Source: an uncultured Muribaculaceae bacterium | Lineage (GTDB): Bacteria > Bacillota_I > Bacilli_A > RF39 > UBA660 | Length of the DNA: 35,218 bases | Reading direction: 5' to 3' | Assembly: GCA_964595115.1 (NCBI GenBank) | Contig: CAZQOT010000001.1 | Coordinates: 1 to 35,218, forward strand | Shown here: in pieces, positions 1 through 9,210 of the stretch | Numbering within the stretch: position 1 is the stretch's first letter | Layout of the letters: each line of letters begins with the position of its first letter | Made by a program: the position numbers and the translations under genes | Notes under the pieces: model-generated | Seen by the model: only the letters and a program-made list of their open reading frames with translations | Databases searched by the model: none | Told to the model about the DNA's origin: nothing

Positions 1-284
<284 letters not shown>

Positions 285-318
285 TCACCTCGCTAAAATT
301 ATATCACGAATAAATTAA

Positions 319-338
319 AAAGCCTATAAATAGGCTTT
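319..338 (-). terminator. Rho-independent terminator after spoIIM
   Basis: Minus strand reads AAAGCCTA-TTTA-TAGGCTTT followed by TTAATTTATT. It overlaps the spoIIM stop codon. Confidence 0.5.
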
Positions 339-966
339 ATTTTATTAATAATGTAAATAATTTCATAATGTATGGTGATACAAACGCTTCTATTAATGAT
401 GATATTACCATAACTATAATGCTAAATATCATAATAAAACTATATCGATTAATTACCTCATTAAAATTAATAGTTTTTTTCTTTACTACAGCCTCTAAAA
501 GATTAAATGAAAATCTAAGAGCATAATAACTAATCATTAGAATTACTATTAATGATATTATATAATGAGGAAAAATATATGTTAATCCCCCTACTACTCC
601 TATTAATTTATATTTTGCTATTATAGCTGCTATACTAAAACCAATCATAAAACCCCTTAAGAATAACATAATAATAATTACTGGAATACCAATAATAGAT
701 ATTCCTAATATCCATATAGCAGTTATATATAATAAATTTGATGTAATACTATTTTTTAGGGCATTATTAAAATCAATATTGTTACTCTTTATTTTATTAA
801 AGAAACTACTTATTTGATTGATTACAGTATTTTTATCAGTTTCATTTATTATTGTTATAAATAAAGACCCAAATATTACACCTATGATGAAAATAAGTAA
901 TAAAAAAAGATATAATCTTTTGGTTTTAATAGTAGATAATTGTAGTTTAGATAATAGCTTGTTCAC
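337..966 (-). CDS. spoIIM: Stage II sporulation protein M (SpoIIM)-like polytopic membrane protein
   Basis: About 210 aa with multiple TM segments and a SpoIIM-like layout. The ORF-track start (TTG at 984) has no SD. The GTG at 966 is preceded by AGAGGTGA, so it is preferred. Confidence 0.7.
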   Translation of the reverse strand: MNKLLSKLQLSTIKTKRLYLFLLLIFIIGVIFGSLFITIINETDKNTVINQISSFFNKIKSNNIDFNNALKNSITSNLLYITAIWILGISIIGIPVIIIMLFLRGFMIGFSIAAIIAKYKLIGVVGGLTYIFPHYIISLIVILMISYYALRFSFNLLEAVVKKKTINFNEVINRYSFIMIFSIIVMVISSLIEAFVSPYIMKLFTLLIK

Positions 967-1034
967 ATTTTCACCTCTAATCAATTATATTTTCGAGATT
1001 TGAAAATATGAATCTTTCTTAAAATTTATAATTA

Positions 1035-1043
1035 TGATATAAT
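1035..1043 (+). promoter_or_regulatory. Extended -10 promoter element (TGATATAAT) for the small ORF at 1072
   Basis: TGNTATAAT match about 30 nt upstream of the SD/TTG start. The -35 is poor. Confidence 0.35.
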
Positions 1044-1071
1044 ACTTTTAGTTATAAAGGAGGCGACCATT

Positions 1072-1170
1072 TTGAATAAAAAAGTTGTTAAAGTAATAAC
1101 TTGGCTAGCTGCTATTGGTATGATTGGTGGTACTATTGCTACCATTGTGGCTCCTCTCTTTGGATTATAA
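1072..1170 (+). CDS. Unannotated 32-codon small membrane peptide (DUF4044-like pattern)
   Basis: AAGGAGG lies 7 nt before TTG. The product LNKKVVKVITWLAAIGMIGGTIATIVAPLFGL has a basic N-terminus plus one TM helix and ends at TAA. It is too short for the ORF track. Confidence 0.5.
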   Translation: MNKKVVKVITWLAAIGMIGGTIATIVAPLFGL

Positions 1171-1181
1171 AAAATAATACA

Positions 1182-1697
1182 CTAGGTATTATTTTTCTTT
1201 TTAAAATCAAATCTAATTATTGCAATTAAAGCAGATATTATTATGATAACATTACCAATGACACTAACATATGCTCCAATAACAAAATTAAACAAGATAT
1301 AGGTGTAGGATTTTATTAATGATACAAGTCTTATTAATGAAACATTATCTTGCCATATAGCATAGATGAATATAATTGACATAACGATTGGAATAGAACT
1401 GTTTAAATCCTTAATGGTAAATATTCCTGTTATCCCCATTAATAAAATAAATATTATTAACATATAAGGAGGTGTTTTTTTAGTGTTTTTATTGTTATAA
1501 TAAAACATTATTGAACTAGCTAAGGCTGCTATATCCATGAATGCTGCACTCCAAGCTCCTAATAAAAAATATTGAATAGCAAAAAAGATATATGCAATTA
1601 CATGAAATTGTAATATTCTTTTTTTATCATTTTGTTGAAGACTTATTATATAGCATATTAATCCTAAAAAACTAAATATTTGAGCTGTTACTTCCAT
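1182..1697 (-). CDS. Polytopic inner-membrane protein, YgjV-like
   Basis: 171 aa with 5-6 hydrophobic helices. The resemblance to the YgjV membrane family is from memory only. Confidence 0.45.
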   Translation of the reverse strand: MEVTAQIFSFLGLICYIISLQQNDKKRILQFHVIAYIFFAIQYFLLGAWSAAFMDIAALASSIMFYYNNKNTKKTPPYMLIIFILLMGITGIFTIKDLNSSIPIVMSIIFIYAIWQDNVSLIRLVSLIKSYTYILFNFVIGAYVSVIGNVIIIISALIAIIRFDFKKKNNT

Positions 1698-1726
1698 ATT
1701 ACCACCAAATTCATTATAACATAAAA

Positions 1727-1746
1727 GATGGGATTTTCATCCCATC
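1727..1746 (-). terminator. Terminator after spoIVB
   Basis: Minus strand reads GATGGGA-TGAAAA-TCCCATC followed by TTTTATGTT. Confidence 0.5.
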
Positions 1747-1751
1747 CTTCC

Positions 1752-2747
1752 CTAGTTTTCAGTTTCTTCTAACATATGGGTAATAAATATTCCATACCCT
1801 TTGGTTGGGTCATCGACTATTACGTGGGTCACAGCTCCAATAATCATTTCATCTTGAATGATGGGGCTACCACTCATCCCTTGCACAACACCACCAGTAG
1901 CTTCTAATAATTTAGCATCAGTAATGTTAAATAAGATGTTTTTGATTTTTTGACGCTCATCATTTATTTTAATAATGTTAATATCAAATTGCTCAACTGT
2001 CTCATCTTTAATAACGGTTAGAATTGATGCTTTTCCTAGCTTTATTTCACTTGGTAAAGCTACTTTATATAGTTTTTTGTTTGAAAAATTAGTATTGAAT
2101 GAACCAAATATTCCGGTATCGGTGTTTTCTGCAATCTTTCCGTAAATGGTATTAGTGTAATACTTAGCACTTTTTTCCCCAGGAGTTCCATTTGTACTTT
2201 TTATGATTCCTTGAACCTCGGATTTAAATATTTTCCCATCTCTTACCTCAATTTTTTGCCCTGTATTTTTTTCCATTATTTCATGTCCTAGTGCTCCAAA
2301 GTTTTTGGTGTTAGGATCAATGAATGTTAAGGTACCAATCCCATTAATAGTATCTTTTACATATAAACCAGTTTTATAAAGGTTTTCTTCATTTTTTACT
2401 AGTTTTAAGTTTGTAATGTTGGTTTTGTTGTAACGCATATATGTAATTAATATACTAGATTTATCTTCATCAGCATTTATTTTATCAACCATTTGATTGA
2501 TGTTGTCAACTTTTTCATTATTGATAGCGATGATTTTATCACCTAGTTTAAGACCAGCGTCACGTCCTGGATATGTATCGTTAATTTTGTATAAACCAAC
2601 TACGATAATACCTTTAGAATTGATTTGTATGCCAATGTTTTCTCCACCAGCAATGATGTAGTCTGAATAGGCAAAAGCACTTGTGGGTAAAATAAGAAGT
2701 GTTAGAATGAAACTACACAGGATGTTTCTCGCTTTTTTTAAAAACAT
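1752..2747 (-). CDS. spoIVB: SpoIVB peptidase (S55 serine peptidase with PDZ domain)
   Basis: N-terminal signal/anchor, a PDZ-like GLKLGDKIIAINNEKV segment, and GTLTFIDP...GALGH...GMSGSPI catalytic motifs. Confidence 0.85.
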   Translation of the reverse strand: MFLKKARNILCSFILTLLILPTSAFAYSDYIIAGGENIGIQINSKGIIVVGLYKINDTYPGRDAGLKLGDKIIAINNEKVDNINQMVDKINADEDKSSILITYMRYNKTNITNLKLVKNEENLYKTGLYVKDTINGIGTLTFIDPNTKNFGALGHEIMEKNTGQKIEVRDGKIFKSEVQGIIKSTNGTPGEKSAKYYTNTIYGKIAENTDTGIFGSFNTNFSNKKLYKVALPSEIKLGKASILTVIKDETVEQFDINIIKINDERQKIKNILFNITDAKLLEATGGVVQGMSGSPIIQDEMIIGAVTHVIVDDPTKGYGIFITHMLEETEN

Positions 2748-2950
2748 AAAAACATCTCCTCTAAATTATCAATAGACTACATTACTATTGTGGATTAGAT
2801 AAGATGTTATTAACCTAGACAATATATGGTATTAATTCTGATGTTTTCTTACCTTAATAGTACCATCATCAACTTTCGATTTATAATATTCAAAAGCATT
2901 TTGAATTATCGTTATGACATTCAATAGCATTTTGTTAATTACATGTCAAT

Positions 2951-3778
2951 TCACAATTTTTTGGTTAATTGAGGTATATATCCAGTAACGTAATAAATTT
3001 CCAATATTCTATCCTTTTCCAATTGATCTTTTGCTGCAATATATTTTTTAGCTGCTTCAAGTACTCCTCTTTTTACATCTTCTTTATCGATTCCAAGTTC
3101 GTTTAAATCTTCTGTAATTACTCTTTCAAATTTCAATTGTCCCTTTTGAAACGATTCAAAATATGGATCATTAACGTTATATAGTTGAAAGCATTCATAA
3201 ACTTTTTTTAAGGCATCAGGATAGGCATAATATTCAATAGGCTGATAATTATGCAACAAAAATGTAGTTCTATATGTCTTAAGTTTTGAATTATGTTGAT
3301 ATTCTTTTAAGCCGATTCTATAATTGCGATCAATATATAATTTTGAAGAAACTAAATTGAGCCTTATTTCGTTAGTTCTATTACTATTATCTCCATTCAT
3401 TACGTTATTATAATCATCTAAACGTATTTGAGCATGATTTAACTGATATAATGCCTCAATATATGAAGTGTTGTATTCAATAATAATATCAAAATTAATA
3501 TATATATTATTGTTATCGGTATATATTCCAGTATCAATACTATAATTTGGAATAACACATGCACAAGGTCTAGATGATAACGTTGATTTAATTACTTCTA
3601 TTTCTCTAATTATTTCTAAAAAAATATCTTTTCTAGTATGTGTCCAAGAAGATAAATTGAAAAATCTTTCTAATGATTTTAATCTAACATTCAAATCAAT
3701 AGTCAACCATTCATTACTTTTAAAAAAATCTTTTAAGTTATTTTTTTGTTCAGTCACTAACTCAAATAGTTTTTCCAT
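2951..3778 (-). CDS. Hypothetical cytoplasmic protein, 275 aa, no recognisable domain
   Basis: Long intact ORF in a genome where random frames close quickly. SD GGTGGTG precedes the ATG. No TM segment or signal peptide. Confidence 0.55.
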   Translation of the reverse strand: MEKLFELVTEQKNNLKDFFKSNEWLTIDLNVRLKSLERFFNLSSWTHTRKDIFLEIIREIEVIKSTLSSRPCACVIPNYSIDTGIYTDNNNIYINFDIIIEYNTSYIEALYQLNHAQIRLDDYNNVMNGDNSNRTNEIRLNLVSSKLYIDRNYRIGLKEYQHNSKLKTYRTTFLLHNYQPIEYYAYPDALKKVYECFQLYNVNDPYFESFQKGQLKFERVITEDLNELGIDKEDVKRGVLEAAKKYIAAKDQLEKDRILEIYYVTGYIPQLTKKL

Positions 3779-3828
3779 TATCTACACCACCTTAAAATTA
3801 TTTATAAAAAAAGATGAAATATATCATC

Positions 3829-4062
3829 TTAATTTTCTGAAACATTAAAATCTTCTAGCTTGCCATTTTCAGCTAAAATCTTGTTGACTTGTTCTTCTGC
3901 TTTTTTTAATTTGTCTGAACTACTCTTAACTATTTTCATTGCTTCCGTATATTTATTGATAGCATCATCTAAATTAACATCTCCTGATTCTAATTCTTTG
4001 ATAATAGTTTCTAGTTCTTTCAATTCTTCTTCAAGAGTTTTCTCATTATTTTCCTTAGCCAT
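3829..4062 (-). CDS. xseB: Exodeoxyribonuclease VII small subunit
   Basis: 77 aa, helical, with LEELKELETIIKELESGDVNLDDAINKYTEAMKI typical of XseB. It sits immediately downstream of xseA. Confidence 0.85.
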   Translation of the reverse strand: MAKENNEKTLEEELKELETIIKELESGDVNLDDAINKYTEAMKIVKSSSDKLKKAEEQVNKILAENGKLEDFNVSEN

Positions 4063-4063
4063 T

Positions 4064-5335
4064 TTAATTCTCCTTTATATTAATAACATTGGCATTTATA
4101 ATACCCTTGCTAAACATTATATCAATATTATCATTAAGTTTCAAATTATTTATTTTTTCAATAGCTTTATTATCTTTTTTGACAATAGTATATCCTCTTT
4201 TTAGAGTGTTTAATGGATTTAAAACATCTAATTTTTCAATAAATTTTTCTAGTTTGTTTTTAGGTTTATCTAATAATTTAGATGGATTATTTAGAACATA
4301 ACTTTGTTTAATATGATTAAGTCTATTATTGTTCTTATCAATTATATTTAAAATAATTGAATTAAATTTATCTAAGTAACTATCTAGCATTTGCTCTTTA
4401 ACTTCATACATACGCAATGGATTGGTTAAGACATAGCTATCCTTTAATTTTTTTAAAATTATTTTATAATTATCAATTTTATTTGATAATACTTTACTAG
4501 CCCTTATTTTCATGTTATCAATGTAATTTAGAACATCAATCATATTAGGGACCGCTATTTCAGCGGCTCCTGTAGGTGTTGCTGCTCTAACATCGGCTAC
4601 AAAATCACTGATTGTAAAGTCTATTTCATGGCCGACGGCACTGATAGTTGGAATCTTACACTCAAATATTGCTCTGGCAACATCTTCTTCATTAAAGGGC
4701 CATAAATCTTCAATTGAACCACCACCCCGCCCAATTATTAATACATCAATCTCAAATTCCTGAGCTTTCTTGATTTGTTTTACGATATTTGCATGTGCAT
4801 CAGCGCCTTGGACTAATGATGGGAATATAATTGTTTCTACTAGTGGAAATCTTCTTTTCAAAGTTGATAATATATCTTTGATAGCAGCACCGGTAGGAGC
4901 TGTAACTATTCCTATTCTTCTTGGTATTTTTGGTATAGGTTTCTTATGCTTAGGATCAAATAATCCTTCACTGTCTAATTTAGCTTTCAATTGCTCAAAA
5001 GCAATATATAAATTACCAATACCATCTTCCTGCATCTCATCGATATATATTTGATAATTACCAGTTGGTTCATAAATACTTATTTTACCTTTGACTAATA
5101 CTTTCATTCCATCTTCAGGAGTAAACAATAGTTTAGAGGCATTTGAGATAAACATAATAGCCCCTATTCTACTGTTTTCATCTTTTAAAGTAAAATATAA
5201 GTGCCCTCTTGTATGAGGCTTAAAATTAGATATTTCGCCTTTTAAATAGACAGTTTGTAAATGCTCATCATTTTCAAACTTATATTTTAAATAACGAGAG
5301 ATGGCAGTAATAGACAAATACTTATCATCATTCAT
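4064..5335 (-). CDS. xseA: Exodeoxyribonuclease VII large subunit
   Basis: 423 aa with an OB-fold N-terminus (VYLKGEISNFKPHTRGHLYFTLKD) and a catalytic GRGGGSIEDLWPFNEE motif. Confidence 0.9.
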   Translation of the reverse strand: MNDDKYLSITAISRYLKYKFENDEHLQTVYLKGEISNFKPHTRGHLYFTLKDENSRIGAIMFISNASKLLFTPEDGMKVLVKGKISIYEPTGNYQIYIDEMQEDGIGNLYIAFEQLKAKLDSEGLFDPKHKKPIPKIPRRIGIVTAPTGAAIKDILSTLKRRFPLVETIIFPSLVQGADAHANIVKQIKKAQEFEIDVLIIGRGGGSIEDLWPFNEEDVARAIFECKIPTISAVGHEIDFTISDFVADVRAATPTGAAEIAVPNMIDVLNYIDNMKIRASKVLSNKIDNYKIILKKLKDSYVLTNPLRMYEVKEQMLDSYLDKFNSIILNIIDKNNNRLNHIKQSYVLNNPSKLLDKPKNKLEKFIEKLDVLNPLNTLKRGYTIVKKDNKAIEKINNLKLNDNIDIMFSKGIINANVINIKEN

Positions 5336-5343
5336 TTTAGCAC

Positions 5344-5742
5344 CTACTTTTCATGATAGATACTGTCCAACACACCATTAATTAAATCTTTAACAGCATC
5401 ATCTGAATATGATTTTGCCAATTCAACGGCTTCGTTGATACAAATAATTCCAGGAGTATCAGTATATATCATTTCATATATGGCCATTCTTAAAATAGCT
5501 TGATCAGTTTTCCCTAAACGATCTATTGACCAATCTTTTAAATATTTATGAGCTTTATCATCAATAGCTTTTAAATTATTTACAACACCAAAAACCATAT
5601 CTTTAACAAATTCATTATCTATTTCAATATTTTCTTTAATAACTTCATCGATGTTATAATTAACTTTATTTTTATCATACATCGATATTTGATAAAGAAT
5701 AGTCATAATAATTTTTCTAAGTTCACTACGATTGTAATGCAT
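5344..5742 (-). CDS. nusB: Transcription antitermination factor NusB
   Basis: NusB-like RSELRKIIMTILYQ...DRLGKTDQAILRMAIYEM. The ATG at 5742 follows AGGTGA plus 5 nt and is preferred over the GTG at 5751. Confidence 0.85.
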   Translation of the reverse strand: MHYNRSELRKIIMTILYQISMYDKNKVNYNIDEVIKENIEIDNEFVKDMVFGVVNNLKAIDDKAHKYLKDWSIDRLGKTDQAILRMAIYEMIYTDTPGIICINEAVELAKSYSDDAVKDLINGVLDSIYHEK

Positions 5743-5815
5743 ATCAATCACCTATAATGATTTTATCATATTAAACTTTAAATTTCTACTAAATTAAGTT
5801 ATAATTAAGTAGTGG

Positions 5816-6757
5816 GTGGTAATTTTGGAAAGTAGCAATGCTGTAAAAATGTTTATCTTAAATCCAGTTGCAGGACCAGATGATATGAGATTAATAAATA
5901 ATCGTAATTATTGTTTAGAAAATTATGTATATTCCCAAGGACTTGATTACTTTGACGTTGTTCATCGCACTAAAGAACGTGGAGATGCTAAGTTATTAGC
6001 TCAAGAATTTGCTAGTAAGTATGATAATCCAACTATATTTTGCCTTGGTGGAGATGGAACAGTTAGTGAAGTAATTAATGGTATTGGTAATAATGATGTT
6101 ATTTTAGTTATTAATCCTTGTGGGACTGGTAATGATTTTGTAAAAACTTTCTTTGGAAGAGATAGAAAAATAATAATGCAAAATTTTTATGAATGTGTAT
6201 CTAATGGTATAATTGAAGAAATAGATATTGGCATAATAAATAATAATATAAGAGTATTAAATGGTTTATCTATAGGACTTGATGCTAGGGTTGCTAAAAT
6301 AGCCTCCTTAATGAAAAATAAAAGTTATATCAAAGCTATCCCTAAAGCCTTATCAGATTTTGAATATCCTGAAGTAAGGATAACGTATTTTAGTGATAAA
6401 CTAAAACACATGATTACATTAAATCAAAAAATAACCCTACTTTCTTTAAACAATGGAAAATACTATGGTAAGGGTGTTAAAATTGCGCCTAAAGCCGACT
6501 TGTCTGATGGTCTTTTTGATATTTGTCTAGTTGATAAGATTCCTAAAGCTATTGTGCCTGTGTTTTTCCCTTTTGCTTTAGCAGGAATACATAAGTGTTT
6601 GTTTCCATTTGTTCATTTTGATAAAACAGATTATATTAAAGTTGAATCTGATCTTCCTTTTAATTATCAATATGATGGTGAATCAGGGATTACTAACGAA
6701 TTAGAACTAATAGTTGATAAGACAGTTAAGATTATAAGACCTAGAAAAAACCACTAA
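5816..6757 (+). CDS. Diacylglycerol/lipid kinase family protein (DAGK catalytic domain, YegS/BmrU-like)
   Basis: NPVAG...GGDGT motifs. The start is uncertain: GTG 5816, TTG 5825 (behind GGTGG) or ATG 5849. Confidence 0.75.
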   Translation: MVILESSNAVKMFILNPVAGPDDMRLINNRNYCLENYVYSQGLDYFDVVHRTKERGDAKLLAQEFASKYDNPTIFCLGGDGTVSEVINGIGNNDVILVINPCGTGNDFVKTFFGRDRKIIMQNFYECVSNGIIEEIDIGIINNNIRVLNGLSIGLDARVAKIASLMKNKSYIKAIPKALSDFEYPEVRITYFSDKLKHMITLNQKITLLSLNNGKYYGKGVKIAPKADLSDGLFDICLVDKIPKAIVPVFFPFALAGIHKCLFPFVHFDKTDYIKVESDLPFNYQYDGESGITNELELIVDKTVKIIRPRKNH

Positions 6758-6771
6758 ATGATAGTGGTTTT
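6747..6771. terminator. Bidirectional terminator between the convergent lipid-kinase gene and spoVS
   Basis: AAAACCACTA-AATGA-TAGTGGTTTT, with A/T runs on both sides. It overlaps both stop codons. Confidence 0.6.
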
Positions 6772-7030
6772 ATTTTGCTTCTATAATTAATTTTATAGCA
6801 GTACGTTCCTCCCCTTCGATGATTATGTCAGCAAAGGCTGGAATGCATACTAAATTTTTACCGCTTGGAGCTACAAAACCCCTTGCTATGGCAATTGCTT
6901 TTATTGCTTGATTAAGTGCCCCAGCACCTATTGCTTGTATTTCAACTGTCCCCTTTTCTCTAAAAACATTAGCTAGAGCGCCAGCAACTGAATTAGGATT
7001 TGATTTAGATGAAACTTTAAGTGTTTCCAT
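6770..7030 (-). CDS. spoVS: Stage V sporulation protein S
   Basis: 86 aa; METLKVSSKSNPNSVAGALANV...AIKAIAIARGF is a near-canonical SpoVS sequence. Confidence 0.9.
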   Translation of the reverse strand: METLKVSSKSNPNSVAGALANVFREKGTVEIQAIGAGALNQAIKAIAIARGFVAPSGKNLVCIPAFADIIIEGEERTAIKLIIEAK

Positions 7031-7189
7031 GAATGATAAGACCTCCTCTATGATTTACAATATAATATATGCAGGAAGACTTATTATAGAATATAAAAGG
7101 AAAAATTATAACTGTCAACTAAGCATTTTGTCTTTTCTTACATTAATAGATTTATGATATAATATTACTATAATAGGATAAGGTGTTAT

Positions 7190-8113
7190 ATGTTAAAATC
7201 TGTTTTAAGAGTATTGAACATAACGTTAATTATATTGGGTTGTTTATCAATTTATTTATATGTAGAAGAAAATAATATAGTTGATGAAATATGGTCATAC
7301 TATACTAAAGAATATTCTACAATTGTTACTAATGAATATGGTATTAATAAAGAAAATAATTATTTTCAAAAAAGTGATAATTTTAAACCTCAAACTAGAC
7401 TTGATTTATTAAATATTTATTATACGGTTATATCATCAGATAGTGATTCATTTACTTTTTATTGCCCCAATGATTATTCTTCTTGTATTGAAGATATAAA
7501 AGGTATTACCAATGATAGTTCATTATTATCACATATTAATAATTTTGTTCATCCTTTAAATTCATATAAAAGAGTTAAAACTACTTATTCAAATTTTGGT
7601 AAGATAACGATAAGTGTTATTAGATTGTATAGTGATAAAAAGAAAGAGTTAATAAATAATAAGATTGATGAATTATATTCTATACTTGTATCTAGCAATC
7701 GAAGTTCAACTGAGAATATCAAAAAAGTTCATGATTATATAGTAAATAATGTTACTTACGATACATCATATGAACAAGGTAATTCTATACATGAATCTAA
7801 TACTGCTTATGGCGCTTTATTTGAAGGATATGCTGTATGTAGTGGGTATACTGATTTAATGAGTATCTTCTTAAATAAAATGGGTATAAATAATTATAAA
7901 GTATCAAATGATACACATATATGGAATTTGGTTTATTTAGATGGCAAATGGTTACATTTAGATGCAACTTTTGATGATCCAGTGTCTAGCAATGGAAAAA
8001 ATTATTTGTCACATGATTATTTCCTTATAAGTACTGACAAACTAAAAGAATTAGATAAAAAGGATAATAAAAATTCTCATGTCTTCAATGAAGAAATATA
8101 TTTACTACAATAA
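7190..8113 (+). CDS. Membrane-anchored transglutaminase-like (cysteine protease fold) protein
   Basis: N-terminal TM helix. Transglutaminase core GYAVCSGYTDL...HIWNLVYLDGKWLHLDATFDD shows the Cys-His-Asp pattern. Confidence 0.7.
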   Translation: MLKSVLRVLNITLIILGCLSIYLYVEENNIVDEIWSYYTKEYSTIVTNEYGINKENNYFQKSDNFKPQTRLDLLNIYYTVISSDSDSFTFYCPNDYSSCIEDIKGITNDSSLLSHINNFVHPLNSYKRVKTTYSNFGKITISVIRLYSDKKKELINNKIDELYSILVSSNRSSTENIKKVHDYIVNNVTYDTSYEQGNSIHESNTAYGALFEGYAVCSGYTDLMSIFLNKMGINNYKVSNDTHIWNLVYLDGKWLHLDATFDDPVSSNGKNYLSHDYFLISTDKLKELDKKDNKNSHVFNEEIYLLQ

Positions 8114-8137
8114 AACCAAAGCATCTACTTTGGTTTT
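8112..8137. terminator. Bidirectional terminator
   Basis: AAAACCAAAG-CATCTA-CTTTGGTTTT between convergent genes. Confidence 0.6.
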
Positions 8138-8138
8138 A

Positions 8139-8513
8139 TTATGAATTAAAATGTATTCTAAGCTTGAAAAAATAGTATGTGAAAAAGTTAATAATTACAA
8201 TTAAATTAGTTAATATAATTGTATAAGTGTCTATTTTAAAAACTTTCAAAATAATAGTATTAACAAATAGAATAATTAATAAACAAATAATTAATATATA
8301 AATTACCTTTTTCTTACTGGCAGTAACTTTGAAAATCGTATTTTTAAAGCCTTGCCATAGAGCAAAAGCATTTATAATGATTACTGCTAAAATGTTTAAT
8401 ATGGAGTTTTCAAAGTTATAAATAGTTCGTATGGGTACAATAAAACAAAAGAGATAACTCCATAGAAAATAATAAAAACAAAATTTAATTGATACCCCAA
8501 AAATTGACAACAT
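8139..8513 (-). CDS. Hypothetical small polytopic membrane protein
   Basis: 124 aa with four hydrophobic helices and no recognisable family. Confidence 0.4.
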   Translation of the reverse strand: MLSIFGVSIKFCFYYFLWSYLFCFIVPIRTIYNFENSILNILAVIIINAFALWQGFKNTIFKVTASKKKVIYILIICLLIILFVNTIILKVFKIDTYTIILTNLIVIINFFTYYFFKLRIHFNS

Positions 8514-8539
8514 ACAACATCCGTCCCTCTTTCTAAAAA

Positions 8540-8560
8540 AATAACATCAAAAATGTTATT
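8540..8560 (-). terminator. Weak AT-rich terminator after the rubrerythrin gene
   Basis: Minus strand reads AATAACAT-TTTTG-ATGTTATT followed by TTTTTTAG. Confidence 0.35.
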
Positions 8561-8568
8561 TGTATGTT

Positions 8569-9138
8569 CTAATAATTTTCAGATAGAAGTTGGTAATATG
8601 CTTTTGGATGTGCGCACACTGGGCATATTTCTGGTGCTGAGGTGCCAACATGAACATTTCCGCATTCACGGCATATCCATGTAACTTCTTCATCTTTAGC
8701 AAATACTTTATTATTTTTTACATTTTCGTATAAAAATCTATATCGTTTTTCATGACGTTCTTCAATTTTAGAAATCTTCTCAAATAATACGGCTATATCA
8801 TTAAACCCTTCTTCTCTTGCTATTTTAGCAAATTCAGGATATAAAACAGTAGCTTCGTCCTTTTCTCCATTAGCAGCGTATTCTAGATTTTCAAGTGTTG
8901 TTCCAATATCACCTGCCGGATAAGAAGCCGTAATTTCTACTTCCCCACCCTCTAGTTTTTTATAAAATAATGATGCATGTTCCCTTTCGTTATCAGCTGT
9001 CTCTAAAAATATAGCTGCTATCTGTTCAAAACCTTCTTTTTTAGCAGTCGATGCATACATTTCATACCTTCTTTTAGCTTGACTTTCTCCAGCAAAAGCT
9101 TTCAATAAATTTTGTTCAGTCTTTGTTCCTTTTATCAT
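8569..9138 (-). CDS. rbr: Rubrerythrin (ferritin-like diiron domain plus C-terminal rubredoxin-like CxxC...CxxC)
   Basis: MIKGTKTEQNLLKAFAGESQARRYE-like start and CRECGNVH...CPVCAHP. The ATG at 9138 follows AAGGAGG; the ORF-track extension to 9183 lacks an SD. Confidence 0.85.
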   Translation of the reverse strand: MIKGTKTEQNLLKAFAGESQAKRRYEMYASTAKKEGFEQIAAIFLETADNEREHASLFYKKLEGGEVEITASYPAGDIGTTLENLEYAANGEKDEATVLYPEFAKIAREEGFNDIAVLFEKISKIEERHEKRYRFLYENVKNNKVFAKDEEVTWICRECGNVHVGTSAPEICPVCAHPKAYYQLLSENY

Positions 9139-9210
9139 ATTTATTCCTCCTTTATCATTTATAATTATATCATAAAGTACCAAAAAAGGAATTGAAATTC
9201 CTAATTAAAT

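Noticed and set aside
984-1011. SigE-like promoter for spoIIM (TCATATT-N14-ATATAAT on the minus strand).
   Set aside because: The match to the -10 consensus (CATACA-T) is poor. The predicted TSS would fall on or inside the SD of the preferred GTG start. This is too weak to call from sequence alone.
3860-4204. Numerous 60-130-aa ORFs antisense to real genes, for example 818-1003, 3860-4204, 4770-5054, 12895-13254, 16792-17178, 20029-20241, 28332-28634 and 33594-33860.
   Set aside because: They lie wholly inside well-supported genes on the opposite strand. They lack SD sequences and translate to low-complexity Ser/Leu/Phe/Ile-rich strings typical of shadow frames in AT-rich DNA.
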